Shown here piece after piece: positions 27,392 through 37,600 of a DNA stretch of 64,000 bases (the stretch's first letter is position 1; each line of letters starts with the position of its first letter). Made by a program: the position numbers and the translations under genes. Below the pieces are notes generated by a model. The model did not search any database and was not told where the DNA came from. It saw nothing but the letters and a program-made list of their open reading frames with translations. The DNA lies in IMG/VR virus record IMGVR_UViG_3300049793_000366, positions 124,001-188,000 of that record; one strand, given 5' to 3'.

Positions 27392-27880
27392 ATGAATACG
27401 TTTAAATTTAAAGAACCGTTTGTTGGAATTTTAGTGGGTCCACCGCTATCAGGTAAGTCCACATGGCTTCGCGAGAATTTTGACGCTTCTGAAATAGTTA
27501 TTATTTCTCGTGACCAAATTGTTTTGGACGTATATGGTTCTAACAATTACTCCGATGCTTTTAATAATGTAAATCAGAAAGATGTAGATAGACAACTAAT
27601 TGAAAATATCACTGATGCATCTAAAGGCACAAAAAACGTTATCATTGATATGACTCATATGTCCTCTAAAAGACGTAGATATAACCTCTCACATTTTCCG
27701 AATCACTATAAAGTAGCTTTCCTTTTCCCTATCTTGGATGAAGTTGAATATGCTCGTAGAAATGAAATGCGTAGACTTGAAGAGAATAAATGGATACCTG
27801 AACACGTAATCAAGAATATGATTTCTAGCTATCAACCAATTAAAGAAGAAGAAGGATTTAATAAAGTTATTTCAATATGA
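27392..27880 (+). CDS. Polynucleotide kinase-like P-loop kinase (AAA_33)
   Basis: GPPLSGKSTW, ISRD, VIIDMT..S.KRR, RN..R....IPEHVI; TATCTTTG promoter 27380-27387. Confidence 0.8.
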   Translation: MNTFKFKEPFVGILVGPPLSGKSTWLRENFDASEIVIISRDQIVLDVYGSNNYSDAFNNVNQKDVDRQLIENITDASKGTKNVIIDMTHMSSKRRRYNLSHFPNHYKVAFLFPILDEVEYARRNEMRRLEENKWIPEHVIKNMISSYQPIKEEEGFNKVISI

Positions 27881-28326
27881 AGAAGAAAAGAATATACATA
27901 GACATGGATGGTGTTTTGTGTGATTTCTATGGTGCTGCACGAAAAGCATTAAAAGAAAACCCAAAACAACCATTTCCTCAAGCACAGTGGGGATTTTTCC
28001 TTAAGCTTAAACCAATTGATGGTGCGCTTGAAGCATTTAATTACTTATTCGAAAATTATGATGTTTGGATCTTAACCAGACCATCTACACGTAATGTTAA
28101 TTGCTATACAGAAAAAGCACAATGGGTTTGGGACCACTTAGGTGAGAAAGCAGTTGATAAGCTTATTCTATCATGTGATAAGAATTTATTAAAGGGTGAT
28201 TATTTGATTGATGATAATCACTGGGATTTTGAAGGGGAGCATATTCATTTCAATACTGAAAAATTTCCTAACTGGGAAACAGTAGTTAAGTATATAGATT
28301 CTTCTTGTAAACAACAATTAAATTAA
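27877..28326 (+). CDS. HAD-family 5'(3')-deoxyribonucleotidase (NT5C-like)
   Basis: IYIDMDGVLCDF, EKAQWV, GDYLIDD. Confidence 0.85.
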   Translation: MKKKRIYIDMDGVLCDFYGAARKALKENPKQPFPQAQWGFFLKLKPIDGALEAFNYLFENYDVWILTRPSTRNVNCYTEKAQWVWDHLGEKAVDKLILSCDKNLLKGDYLIDDNHWDFEGEHIHFNTEKFPNWETVVKYIDSSCKQQLN

Positions 28327-28333
28327 TTAACCT

Positions 28334-28519
28334 GGCGAGGTGGTGAAAGTAGACACTGGTGTTATCTGTTAACCAATTGTAGAGAGCCGAAAGATGGGAA
28401 GCATTGACTTACTATTCGGGTAGCTTTAATAAACAGACGGAAAGACATTGGTCTTTTATTATCGAAAGATAGTTGCGAAGGAAACAACACAAATGCGGGT
28501 TCAAGCCCTGCTCTCGTCA
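28334..28519 (+). ncRNA. tRNA-like RNA with a large branched insertion replacing the anticodon loop
   Basis: Acceptor GGCGAGG/TCTCGTC plus A73; D-arm GTG-AAAGTAGA-CAC; T-arm GCGGG-TTCAAGC-CCTGC; stem GTGTT 28359-63 / AACAC 28486-90 encloses about 120 nt with further hairpins. Confidence 0.75.
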
Positions 28520-28533
28520 CAAAAAATAACAAC

Positions 28534-28935
28534 ATGGCAAACGCATGGATTCATTCAGTATCATCAGTTAGAAAGTTTGGCGGTAAGCCAGAAGATTATT
28601 TAGAAATTCATCGTAAAATGGATTGTTCTAAATCGTATATTTCTGATAATCGACACAGAGCATTAACACATACAATGTTTTGGGTTAATGAGGTAATGGT
28701 TCCTCTATTTGGTTATACAATGACTAATAGTGATAACCGCGTAATTGCTGTCAAGGATATATGTGAAAGACATATACTCGAAGATTTCCATATGAAATTT
28801 ATTCCCACCGCACAAGATTATCTTGAACACATGGAGTTCAAAGATTGGATGCAAAATGGTGTTAAAGGACACCCATCTTCTTATAATAAGCTTGCTGAAA
28901 AGAATGCTGAAAAAGAGAAAGAGACAACCGATTAA
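28534..28935 (+). CDS. Conserved phage protein (DUF6915-like)
   Basis: HSVSSVRKFGG..EDY..IH..MD.SK....DNRHRALTH pattern. Confidence 0.6.
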   Translation: MANAWIHSVSSVRKFGGKPEDYLEIHRKMDCSKSYISDNRHRALTHTMFWVNEVMVPLFGYTMTNSDNRVIAVKDICERHILEDFHMKFIPTAQDYLEHMEFKDWMQNGVKGHPSSYNKLAEKNAEKEKETTD

Positions 28936-28937
28936 TT

Positions 28938-29387
28938 GTGCATAAAGAACTACAGACCCTACTACAAACCGATACTATACTTGTACGTAGGTTATCATAC
29001 CGTAAAGTATTAATAGAGTATTCCGTGCCTGTTTTAGTAGAGGGTTCATCCGAACCTATTGAACAGGTTTATATAAAACTTCGCTATCAGATAGCTCCTG
29101 AGTTTTTAGATTCAGAGAGTCAGTCTATTCTTCCCGTATCTCAAATCAGATGCTTGATAAAGGATAAGTCCTATGACTATCCAATGCGTAATATTAATGG
29201 ACGCTGGGGTGTCAAAAGAACAACAGTTAAATGTATTCAAACTTTGAATAAAACAATAAGTTTAGGAAATGTCCTTTATGTTCTAAACTTTTTTCCAACT
29301 GAATATCAAATAGTTACGCAAGAGTCGGTCAATCGAGTGACAACTAAGTTAAGAGAAATTCATTTAAGTAGATTATTAACCTCTTAA
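28938..29387 (+). CDS. Hypothetical protein with C-terminal tag variant
   Basis: Ends KLREIHLSRLLTS. Confidence 0.5.
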   Translation: MHKELQTLLQTDTILVRRLSYRKVLIEYSVPVLVEGSSEPIEQVYIKLRYQIAPEFLDSESQSILPVSQIRCLIKDKSYDYPMRNINGRWGVKRTTVKCIQTLNKTISLGNVLYVLNFFPTEYQIVTQESVNRVTTKLREIHLSRLLTS

Positions 29388-29397
29388 CAAATCTAAC

Positions 29398-29847
29398 ATG
29401 AACGTAACAGACGAATTAAAAAAGCTGAATGAAGAATTTGTGCAACAGAAAAAAGAGTTAATGCTTCGAACAAGAGTTTTATTCGATAAGGCATTAATTG
29501 AAGTATTTGATAAGCACGAAGGACTTGAATCATTTGGTTGGACACAGTACACTCCGTATTTCAATGATGGTGATGAATGTACTTTCAGCGCACATACAGA
29601 TTATCTCTACATCAATGGTGTAAACGAAGATGATATGGACGACATCAGTGAGAAAACATATGACTACACAAGTGGTAAGAGATTACCGAATGAAAAATAT
29701 AATAGCGCGAAAGCCGCTATGATTAGTGAAATTAAATCTATCCTTAATACTGTTGATGAGGAATTCTTAAAAGAGACGTATAATGACCATGTTAAGGTCA
29801 CTATTACTCGTGAGGGTTCATCTGTTACGAATTATAGACATGATTAG
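29398..29847 (+). CDS. Conserved phage hypothetical protein
   Basis: WTQYTPYFNDGDECTF motif. Confidence 0.6.
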   Translation: MNVTDELKKLNEEFVQQKKELMLRTRVLFDKALIEVFDKHEGLESFGWTQYTPYFNDGDECTFSAHTDYLYINGVNEDDMDDISEKTYDYTSGKRLPNEKYNSAKAAMISEIKSILNTVDEEFLKETYNDHVKVTITREGSSVTNYRHD

Positions 29848-29910
29848 TGGTGTAACCGAAAAACCGAAGAGTAGGAAATTAACAATTAAACAATTTAAAA
29901 CAAAAACAAA

Positions 29911-31833
29911 ATGCACAGTATCTTAGATTTTATGAGCAATTATTGGTGGATTGGAGCTATTTTATTAGCACTGGTTGCCTACAAATTAATTTTCCGTTTA
30001 TTCGGTATCGTTATGATACCTGAGGATAAAATTGGATTAGTTACAAAGAAGTTTGTTTTACTTGGCGCGGATAAATCATTACCCGATGGTAGGATTATCG
30101 CAACTAAAGGTGAAGCAGGTTTTCAAGCAAAAGCAATGGCACCGGGTATTTATTTCTGGATGTGGCCATGGCAATATGAAATCGATATGCAAGGTTTCGT
30201 ATTAATTCCTGAGGGTAAAATTGGTTTAGTGGCTGCGAGAGACGGTGTTGTACCTCAAAATGGTAGAATACTTGGTCGTAAAGTATCTTGTGATAACTTC
30301 CAAGATAGTGAGCAGTTCTTAACTAATGGTGGACAGAAAGGTCGTCAGTCGGCATATCTTGTTGCTGGTTCTTACCGTATCAATACACACTTATTTGAAG
30401 TGTCTGTTGTTGACCAGGTTAAGATTAATGAGAACATGGTGGGTATTGTTACTACTCTTGATGGTGAGCCTCTTGATGATGGACAAATCGCTGCTAAAGT
30501 AAATGAAGCAGGGCATAATAAGTTCCAAAACTTTGATGTGTTTCTTGAGAATGGTGGACAAAGAGGTTTACAACAAGACGTAATTCTTGCTGGTACTTAT
30601 AACATCAATCCTTGGGCTGTTCAGATTGAAGAAGTTCCAATGACAAGTATCGCAATTGGATTTGTTGGTGTTGTTATCTCTTATGTAGGTAGCGAAGGAC
30701 AAGATGTATCTGGTACTGCTTTCAAACATGGTAACATCGTTAGTAAAGGACAGAAGGGTGTTTGGAATGAACCATTAGGTCCAGGAAAATATCCTATCAA
30801 TACATATGCTTATCGCATTGAAGTTGTTCCAACAACAAACCTTGTATTAAACTGGGCAAGCGCGAGAACTGAATCACACAACTTAGATAAGAACTTAAGT
30901 ACTATCACAGTACGTTCTAAAGATGGTTTCCCATTCAATTTAGATGTGTCTCAAATTATTCACATTCCAATGACAGAAGCACCTAAAGTAATTGCGCGAT
31001 TTGGTGCTATGCAAAACTTAGTTTCTCAAGTACTTGAGCCAACTATTGGTAACTATTTCCGTAACTCTGCTCAAGATTCAGATGTAATCTCTTTCTTAAG
31101 CTCTCGTAAAGAGCGTCAGGAGTCTGCTAAACAGCATATCTCTAAAGTTCTTGAAGAGTATAACGTTCACGCTGTTGATACGCTTATAGGTGATATTACA
31201 CCTCCTGAGTCACTTATGAAAACTCTTACTGACCGTAAGATTGCTGAAGAGCAAAAAGTAACATATGAAACTCAGCGTAAAGCACAAATCGAGCGTCAAT
31301 CTTACGAGAAAGAAAATGCTGTTGCTGATATGCAAAAGGATGTAGTTAAAGCTGACCAGTCAGTATTAATTGCTGATAAAACTGCTCAAGCTTCTATTAA
31401 GCAAGCAGAAGGTAATGCTAAGTCAGTAGAGCTTAACGCTAATGCTGATGCGAATGCTACTAAATTACGTGCTGGTGCCGAAGCAGAAAGAATTACCTTA
31501 ACTGGTAATGCCGAAGCAGAAAGAACATTAGCGATTGGTAAGTCTAACGCAGAAGCTTATAAACTTGCTGTTGAAGCAATGGGTGAAGAAAACTTTACTC
31601 GCCTTAAAGTAACAGAAGCTATTGGTATTAATAAAGTACAGGTAATTCCTAACGTACTTATCAATGGTGGTGGTAACGGAAGCGGTTCATTAGAAGGTAT
31701 GATGAGCCTTCAAATGATGGAAATGATGAGCGAAAAGGGTTACTTAAATAAAAAAGACATCAAGGATGTCAAAGAAGTAACATCTAAAGCTGTTGTTGAA
31801 GAGAAAGCAGAAGACGACAAGAAGAAGAAGTAA
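29911..31833 (+). CDS. SPFH/band-7 flotillin-like membrane protein
   Basis: N-terminal TM, repeated GxxGxQ..L.PGxY units, ITVRSKDGFPFNLDV SPFH core, AEA-rich flotillin coil. Confidence 0.85.
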   Translation: MHSILDFMSNYWWIGAILLALVAYKLIFRLFGIVMIPEDKIGLVTKKFVLLGADKSLPDGRIIATKGEAGFQAKAMAPGIYFWMWPWQYEIDMQGFVLIPEGKIGLVAARDGVVPQNGRILGRKVSCDNFQDSEQFLTNGGQKGRQSAYLVAGSYRINTHLFEVSVVDQVKINENMVGIVTTLDGEPLDDGQIAAKVNEAGHNKFQNFDVFLENGGQRGLQQDVILAGTYNINPWAVQIEEVPMTSIAIGFVGVVISYVGSEGQDVSGTAFKHGNIVSKGQKGVWNEPLGPGKYPINTYAYRIEVVPTTNLVLNWASARTESHNLDKNLSTITVRSKDGFPFNLDVSQIIHIPMTEAPKVIARFGAMQNLVSQVLEPTIGNYFRNSAQDSDVISFLSSRKERQESAKQHISKVLEEYNVHAVDTLIGDITPPESLMKTLTDRKIAEEQKVTYETQRKAQIERQSYEKENAVADMQKDVVKADQSVLIADKTAQASIKQAEGNAKSVELNANADANATKLRAGAEAERITLTGNAEAERTLAIGKSNAEAYKLAVEAMGEENFTRLKVTEAIGINKVQVIPNVLINGGGNGSGSLEGMMSLQMMEMMSEKGYLNKKDIKDVKEVTSKAVVEEKAEDDKKKK

Positions 31834-31854
31834 TAAACTTCAATAATTATATTA

Positions 31855-31887
31855 AAACCCTTAGATAGAAATATCTAAGGGTTTTTT
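31855..31887 (+). terminator. Intrinsic terminator
   Basis: AAACCCTTAGATA-gaaa-TATCTAAGGGTTTTTT. Confidence 0.8.
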
Positions 31888-31902
31888 ATTTATATATACA
31901 TC

Positions 31903-32268
31903 ATGGCATTTATTAACTTCACAGCAGGACCAATCGTTGTACTACCTAACTTGAGACCATTCGTATCTAAATTGAGTAGTATACCAGTATTAATTGATGA
32001 TGCTGTTAACTATACTGACGCAGAAAAGAACAGAATAGGAGAGATTGTAACTAGATTAGCATCACTTGATGAATACGTAAGTGGTAGTGATGTTATATTT
32101 GATTTAGAGAATATTGCTGTACTGAGTGTAGATCCAAACGAGCTTTATAATCCAACTAGGGAAACAGTATTGTTACTATTTGAATCTATATGTGATACTT
32201 CTGGTTATCCTTATAAGGATGAAGTTATGGATGGCGTTAATGATTTATATACAATATTAACACAATAA
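31903..32268 (+). CDS. Hypothetical acidic protein
   Basis: ORF after TATATA motif. Confidence 0.55.
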   Translation: MAFINFTAGPIVVLPNLRPFVSKLSSIPVLIDDAVNYTDAEKNRIGEIVTRLASLDEYVSGSDVIFDLENIAVLSVDPNELYNPTRETVLLLFESICDTSGYPYKDEVMDGVNDLYTILTQ

Positions 32269-32300
32269 AAAAACCCTCAAGTATTTCTACTGAGGGTTTT
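32269..32300. terminator. Bidirectional intrinsic terminator
   Basis: AAAACCCTCA...TGAGGGTTTT between convergent genes. Confidence 0.7.
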
Positions 32301-32322
32301 AATTTTTAATCTTAATGGAATT

Positions 32323-33426
32323 TTATCCCATTGTTAAGAAGATTTTTCTGTTTAATCTATCAACAGCAAGTACTTTAACTTGGATGTCTTGACCAGCAGA
32401 GAATTGTTTGGTGTTACTGAACTTTTCAACTTCTGATGTGTGAATTAAACCGATTGTCTCTTCGTCAAGGTTAACAAGAACACCAAATGCTTTGTTATCT
32501 TTAACTTTACCTTTGAACTTCTGTCCAACTTTGATACCATCCCAAAGTGATTCTTTTAGAATCTGGGTAAGAATAATCTTATCCTTGATGATTTCTTTTA
32601 CGTAGAAGTCAACTGCTGTTCCAGCTTGAATTTGGTCAATTTTATCAGCCCATTCAGGATTGATGTTTGATTTGTGAATCATACCAGTTAAACATTCGTT
32701 GAATTCGACGAACACACCGAATGGAGTAGTTCCAGTTACGTGTCCTGTGTAAACAGACTCAGCATCTAACTTCTTAATCTCTTTTGGTATTAAAGATTGT
32801 AAGTATTTTTTGCGAGATACTATATACGTTCCTTTCTCGTCTGAAAAAGACTCCACCATAACGTTGAATGTTTTACCAACAATAACGCTTGGGTCATGTA
32901 GCTTGTTAACACCAGCTAAAGTGTTTGGCATGAATGCCGGGATTGTAACACCGTTGTATAGAATATCTAAATCATATCCAGCTGGGTTAAGTTCTTTAAC
33001 TTTTGCTTCAACGAAGTCAGTAGATTCTAACGATTGTAACCCTAAGTGAATCGCTTGTTCATAAATAGCTGAAATGCTACCTTTAATGAAGAATGGATTT
33101 TCTTGTTGGTCTGTTACTAACACGTCAATGTATTGACCATGTTTTAAATTTTGAGTATAAGAAAGTTCTTTCTTATTTGATTCAACACGAAGATAATCTT
33201 TATATCCAATATCGAATACTAAATATTCGTTGGTTGTTTCGATAAACTTTGCGTTGGTAATTTCACCAGTCTTCGGCAAAACAAATTTGCCCAATTGGTA
33301 GAGCTTTAACATTTGCTCTGCATAAGGTTCAGTACAATAAAGTACATAACCGTCTTTTGTTTTTCTTGGTTTCTTAGACCACTCAAAAACATCTTTAAAT
33401 TCTGCGTTTCCGTAGGTTTCTGTCAT
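32323..33426 (-). CDS. rpsA: Ribosomal protein bS1-like protein (tandem S1 domains)
   Basis: IVSRKK, YTGHVTGTTPFGVFVEF..GMIHKS, GKVKDNKAFGVLV..GLIHTSE, VKVLAVDRLNRKIFLT. Confidence 0.8.
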   Translation of the reverse strand: MTETYGNAEFKDVFEWSKKPRKTKDGYVLYCTEPYAEQMLKLYQLGKFVLPKTGEITNAKFIETTNEYLVFDIGYKDYLRVESNKKELSYTQNLKHGQYIDVLVTDQQENPFFIKGSISAIYEQAIHLGLQSLESTDFVEAKVKELNPAGYDLDILYNGVTIPAFMPNTLAGVNKLHDPSVIVGKTFNVMVESFSDEKGTYIVSRKKYLQSLIPKEIKKLDAESVYTGHVTGTTPFGVFVEFNECLTGMIHKSNINPEWADKIDQIQAGTAVDFYVKEIIKDKIILTQILKESLWDGIKVGQKFKGKVKDNKAFGVLVNLDEETIGLIHTSEVEKFSNTKQFSAGQDIQVKVLAVDRLNRKIFLTMG

Positions 33427-33479
33427 TTATTTAATTTTTAAAAGGTTATAAATGTTATAATGAATGTGATGTTGAAAGT

Positions 33480-33881
33480 TTAGAGTTTTTTTATATTATG
33501 TTTCATCATGTAGTCTCTTATGCGAACAGCATCTTCATACCTCTCATCGCTAAGAGCCTTTGATAGCTTATCATTCAGCTCTTTTTCGAGTTGTTCAATA
33601 GATAGTTTATTATTTTTTTCATTAACTATAATTGATTGATAATGTTCATTGATACCAGTGATATCATATAAAGTTTGGTTCTCAAATTCTTCTGCTATCT
33701 TATCGAGTTCCTTCTGGTCAAGCTCATTCAGCTTGGTGGAACTTAAAATTTTATCCAGGAATTTTTTATTAAATGAATTATTATCTAATAAAAATTTAGC
33801 TAAATGATTGGGTCTATTTCTAAACATCTTTAATAGCAAAACTAAATTTCGATATACTTTATCGTTTCTGTCTCCGTCCAT
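33480..33881 (-). CDS. Protein with C-terminal UvrB/UvrC (UVR) motif
   Basis: LSKALSDERYEDAVRIRD. Confidence 0.65.
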   Translation of the reverse strand: MDGDRNDKVYRNLVLLLKMFRNRPNHLAKFLLDNNSFNKKFLDKILSSTKLNELDQKELDKIAEEFENQTLYDITGINEHYQSIIVNEKNNKLSIEQLEKELNDKLSKALSDERYEDAVRIRDYMMKHNIKKL

Positions 33882-33917
33882 AATATTTATATCAAAAATT
33901 TATACTTGGTTTACTAC

Positions 33918-34607
33918 TTATGCTCTTTCAAAATATACGTTGTAATAATAACTGAATGTAAACTCGCTACTCGGTTTCTCTTGTTGGAATCTAAGTGTCA
34001 ACTTTTTCTTATCATAAGTTATCTCAGATTCCATTTTTTGTAAAACTAATCCTGGGTCTTCTGCACCAGCATCATATTGAATTTGAAATCTTCTTATATT
34101 CTGTGATTTTAAATCCGTGTATTTAACGAATAACTCTACTGATTTGAATACATATCTTGACCACAGATTATATTCGATGTAGTCATTTATAGAAATGTTT
34201 ACATTATTATTAATGGTCTGATTGTTTGGTATTCCTTCGAAAGTTCTTGCTTCTTTTAATTTAGCAAAGATGTATTCAAATAGCAATGATTTTAAATCTA
34301 TATCAATTATCCATTTAGTGAATTTATCCTTATCTGATGGTGATTGTGTTGGATTTAACTGAATAACGTGTCTATCCTTTTTAGATATTGGTTCACTATA
34401 TACAATAGGGTCTAAGGCAGATTCGACTACCGCATCCATCTGTTCGCCATTTGCGTTTTGATAGTAAATTACGTTACTGTTTTTAATACCAATAACATCT
34501 TCAACGTCAACCATTTTAGAACCAAAGAATGAACGTAGCTCAATCATGTTGTAAGTACCGTTTGTTTCGGTATATGTAAACTCTGGTGATATATAATTTC
34601 TTCTCAT
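33918..34607 (-). CDS. Hypothetical protein, probably structural
   Basis: Last gene of the large-protein operon. Confidence 0.55.
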   Translation of the reverse strand: MRRNYISPEFTYTETNGTYNMIELRSFFGSKMVDVEDVIGIKNSNVIYYQNANGEQMDAVVESALDPIVYSEPISKKDRHVIQLNPTQSPSDKDKFTKWIIDIDLKSLLFEYIFAKLKEARTFEGIPNNQTINNNVNISINDYIEYNLWSRYVFKSVELFVKYTDLKSQNIRRFQIQYDAGAEDPGLVLQKMESEITYDKKKLTLRFQQEKPSSEFTFSYYYNVYFERA

Positions 34608-34608
34608 G

Positions 34609-37600
34609 TTATAAACTTTGATTAGTGTTGCTATTTGATTGTGCTATTTGATTGACAACACTTTTTTGTGTCGGATCAGCTTCATCACATTCTATATAGT
34701 ATTTATTATCCCATGTGCTTTTGAATATAAAATAGTGTTTGAAGCCATAGCCATATTCATCAATCATTGGATAGATAGATTTTAAATCCTTAGCATCCTT
34801 TAGTTTAAGTATATTCTTCTTTCTGTTTATTTTTGAGAATTTTCTCTCTTTCATAATACCGAAATTAGATAAGCTTGTATCAAATTTGCAATTGTGGTTA
34901 TCTACCTTATTGAATAGTTCGATATCATAGAATATAGGCATATAATATCCACTGAATCTATATAGACTCGTAGTTGTTAGATTTTTAAGCCCGTGAATAT
35001 TATCAACTACTAAATTATCACCTTTGTGTTGGATTATATTTGTAGCTAATGGTATATCATTATAGTAGTTTAATTCATTAGTAGATTTAACTGTACCTTT
35101 GTCTAATAAGAATTTTGCTTTAATTAAATTTTTATTTGGTGATACGGGTTCAACCTTATATGAGTTCAACTTCGTGGTTACTTGGTCTGGTGCTTCTGCT
35201 AATAATATAACAGGTAAATTAGTCCAATTGTATGATTGTGTTGCACCATCGATGTAGTATTTAATCGTATCGCTGAATCCATACTTCTCACTCACATTAT
35301 TCATATAGTTGATGAAGTTATTAGCAGTAAGTTTTGAGAATAATTCATTATATAAATCATCCCTCTCCTTATTCTTAATAGAAGTATAGGTGTTGTCATT
35401 TATGTAGATATGAAGAAGAATTTCCTTATTCTTGTTGTTTATATACATATTGATACCATTCTCTAATGTTGAGTTAGAAGTAGGTGATGTACAATAGTAA
35501 TATCTACTATTGAATTTAATAATATTATTATTCGTTATACTATATGGTAGTGTTGTATCATCAACCAATGAGTATTCACGAGTCCAAGATGCATTAGTTC
35601 CTGGTTCATCAAGATACGAACCAACTAACCTCCATAATATATCATTATGAACAGCGTATTTACCATTCAATGCTACAATTGCTGGTGGTGTTATTTTACT
35701 CCATAATATTACCTTGTTCCATTTAAGTGTAGATGTCGGTAATGTATTATCTACTCTCCAAGATTTAGATGTGAGTGGATAAGAACGGTTTGTCGATTTA
35801 AGTGACCTATAATATTCACCATTGAATATAATATATTCATTAGCATTGTAGTTTTGCTTTGGATTCCAGAAGCTAACTGTACCAGCACTATATGAATAGT
35901 AATCACCGTGGTGATATACTGCGCTATCATAAACCACTGTTGGTGATAATGTATAAGTCTTGGTTGGATTCCATAATATAGATGTTATACCACTTATAGT
36001 TCCCCAAGATACCGTACCATTTGTATATCCAACATCTGTTGTTAATAGTGGTGTGAATAATGATTGTGGTCCAACGGTTGTAGTAAGTGTTGAATTATTA
36101 AGTGTTGGGCTACCTGGATATACAGACATATTTGTTAGTGTATATGGTGTAGAACCTACGTAGACGAATACAATGTCATTAAATATAAACTTCTCACCGA
36201 ATGTGTATTCTTCTTCTTGATTAAACTGTGAGAATGTTTCCCATGTTAATTCATTCTTTATTGGAAATACAGACCCAGTTGCCGAATCAGCCATTAGTAC
36301 GGAGAATTTATATCCTTCGTAATCATTTGTTGATTTAGTTATGATTGAATCAATAGACCCATTTTTAATAATTAGCTTATCAACATCATATAGATAAAAC
36401 TTAATACCCTTAAATACTGTGTGATTAGTTATGACTGAATCCTTTGCGTTAAATCTTGAATACTTTTTAGTATTTCTAATAGTAGAACCACTATCTAATA
36501 TTTCCTTCTTATCAAATAGAGAAGCGAAATAAGATATCGTACCAGAGTATGTACCTTGATATGCCCATGTAGCCGCAGTAGCAGCTATTCCAGTGAAGAA
36601 TAAATCAGGATTAAATGTAAAAGAATCTATGTTTTTATTACTATCTAATATCTGTACGTGTAAACTTTGCTCAACATAAGATGTTGTTGATGAATTTATT
36701 GTATAGAAATAATCTAAATTATTTTCCATACGTATAGGTCTTGTTTCATATACATTAGCAACCCTATTAAAGTCATCAGCTATAAATGAATTATTCAAAC
36801 GATATTCCTCATCAAAATGAGAGTTTGAATGTTGATATCCCCATTTTGTTGACGTGATATTCTTTCTCCATAGTGAGTTAAGTTCATTATTGTGAACTTC
36901 AAATAACTCACCAGTAGCGATGTATTCAGATGATGTTGGTATATGTACTAATTCTTTATTAAATACATACTCACTAAGTCTTTGTGGGTACTCAAGTGAA
37001 TCTATATCCTTAGAATATAATTTTAATTGTTGTGTATCGGTAAGTGAATCTGATTTTTCATATTCAAATTTCGAAAAGTTTGTATCAATGATAGATGTTT
37101 CAAAATCCTTAATATCAGAAAAGTAAACCTTGTATATTTTAAATACTGGTGGTTGATGGTCTTTATCGATAATTAATGGTATAACCGTTTTATAAGCTGG
37201 GTCACCCTCGTTTATATAATATTCGAATGTTAATTCAGTAGATTTGAATCCATAATCAGATTGTATGTGTAGAGATCCATTACTATCAACTCTTATTACG
37301 TGCCATTTATCATCTATCTCAATGACAAATAAATCACAGTTCTTAGCTTCGTTTATAAATTTATTATAACTAGCTTGATTATTAACGAAAGTTAGTATGT
37401 TGCTTGAATCAACATTTATAATATTAGCATCTATTATACCTTCTAATCCAGATAAATCTAAATCAGATATAATTCTGTAATTTACAACGTTTAATAGTTG
37501 TAATTCATCAGTAGCTAAACCTTTTCTTGACTTAGTTCTTTTGTTTAATCTACGTGTATTTGTGAATTTCTCTACCTTATAAAAGATACCATTTATTTCA

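Noticed and set aside
28334-28519. Ordinary tRNA-Leu/Ser or canonical tmRNA
   Set aside because: No 7-nt anticodon loop or long variable arm, no alanine G3:U70 acceptor, a D-stem is present, and it is much shorter than typical tmRNA.
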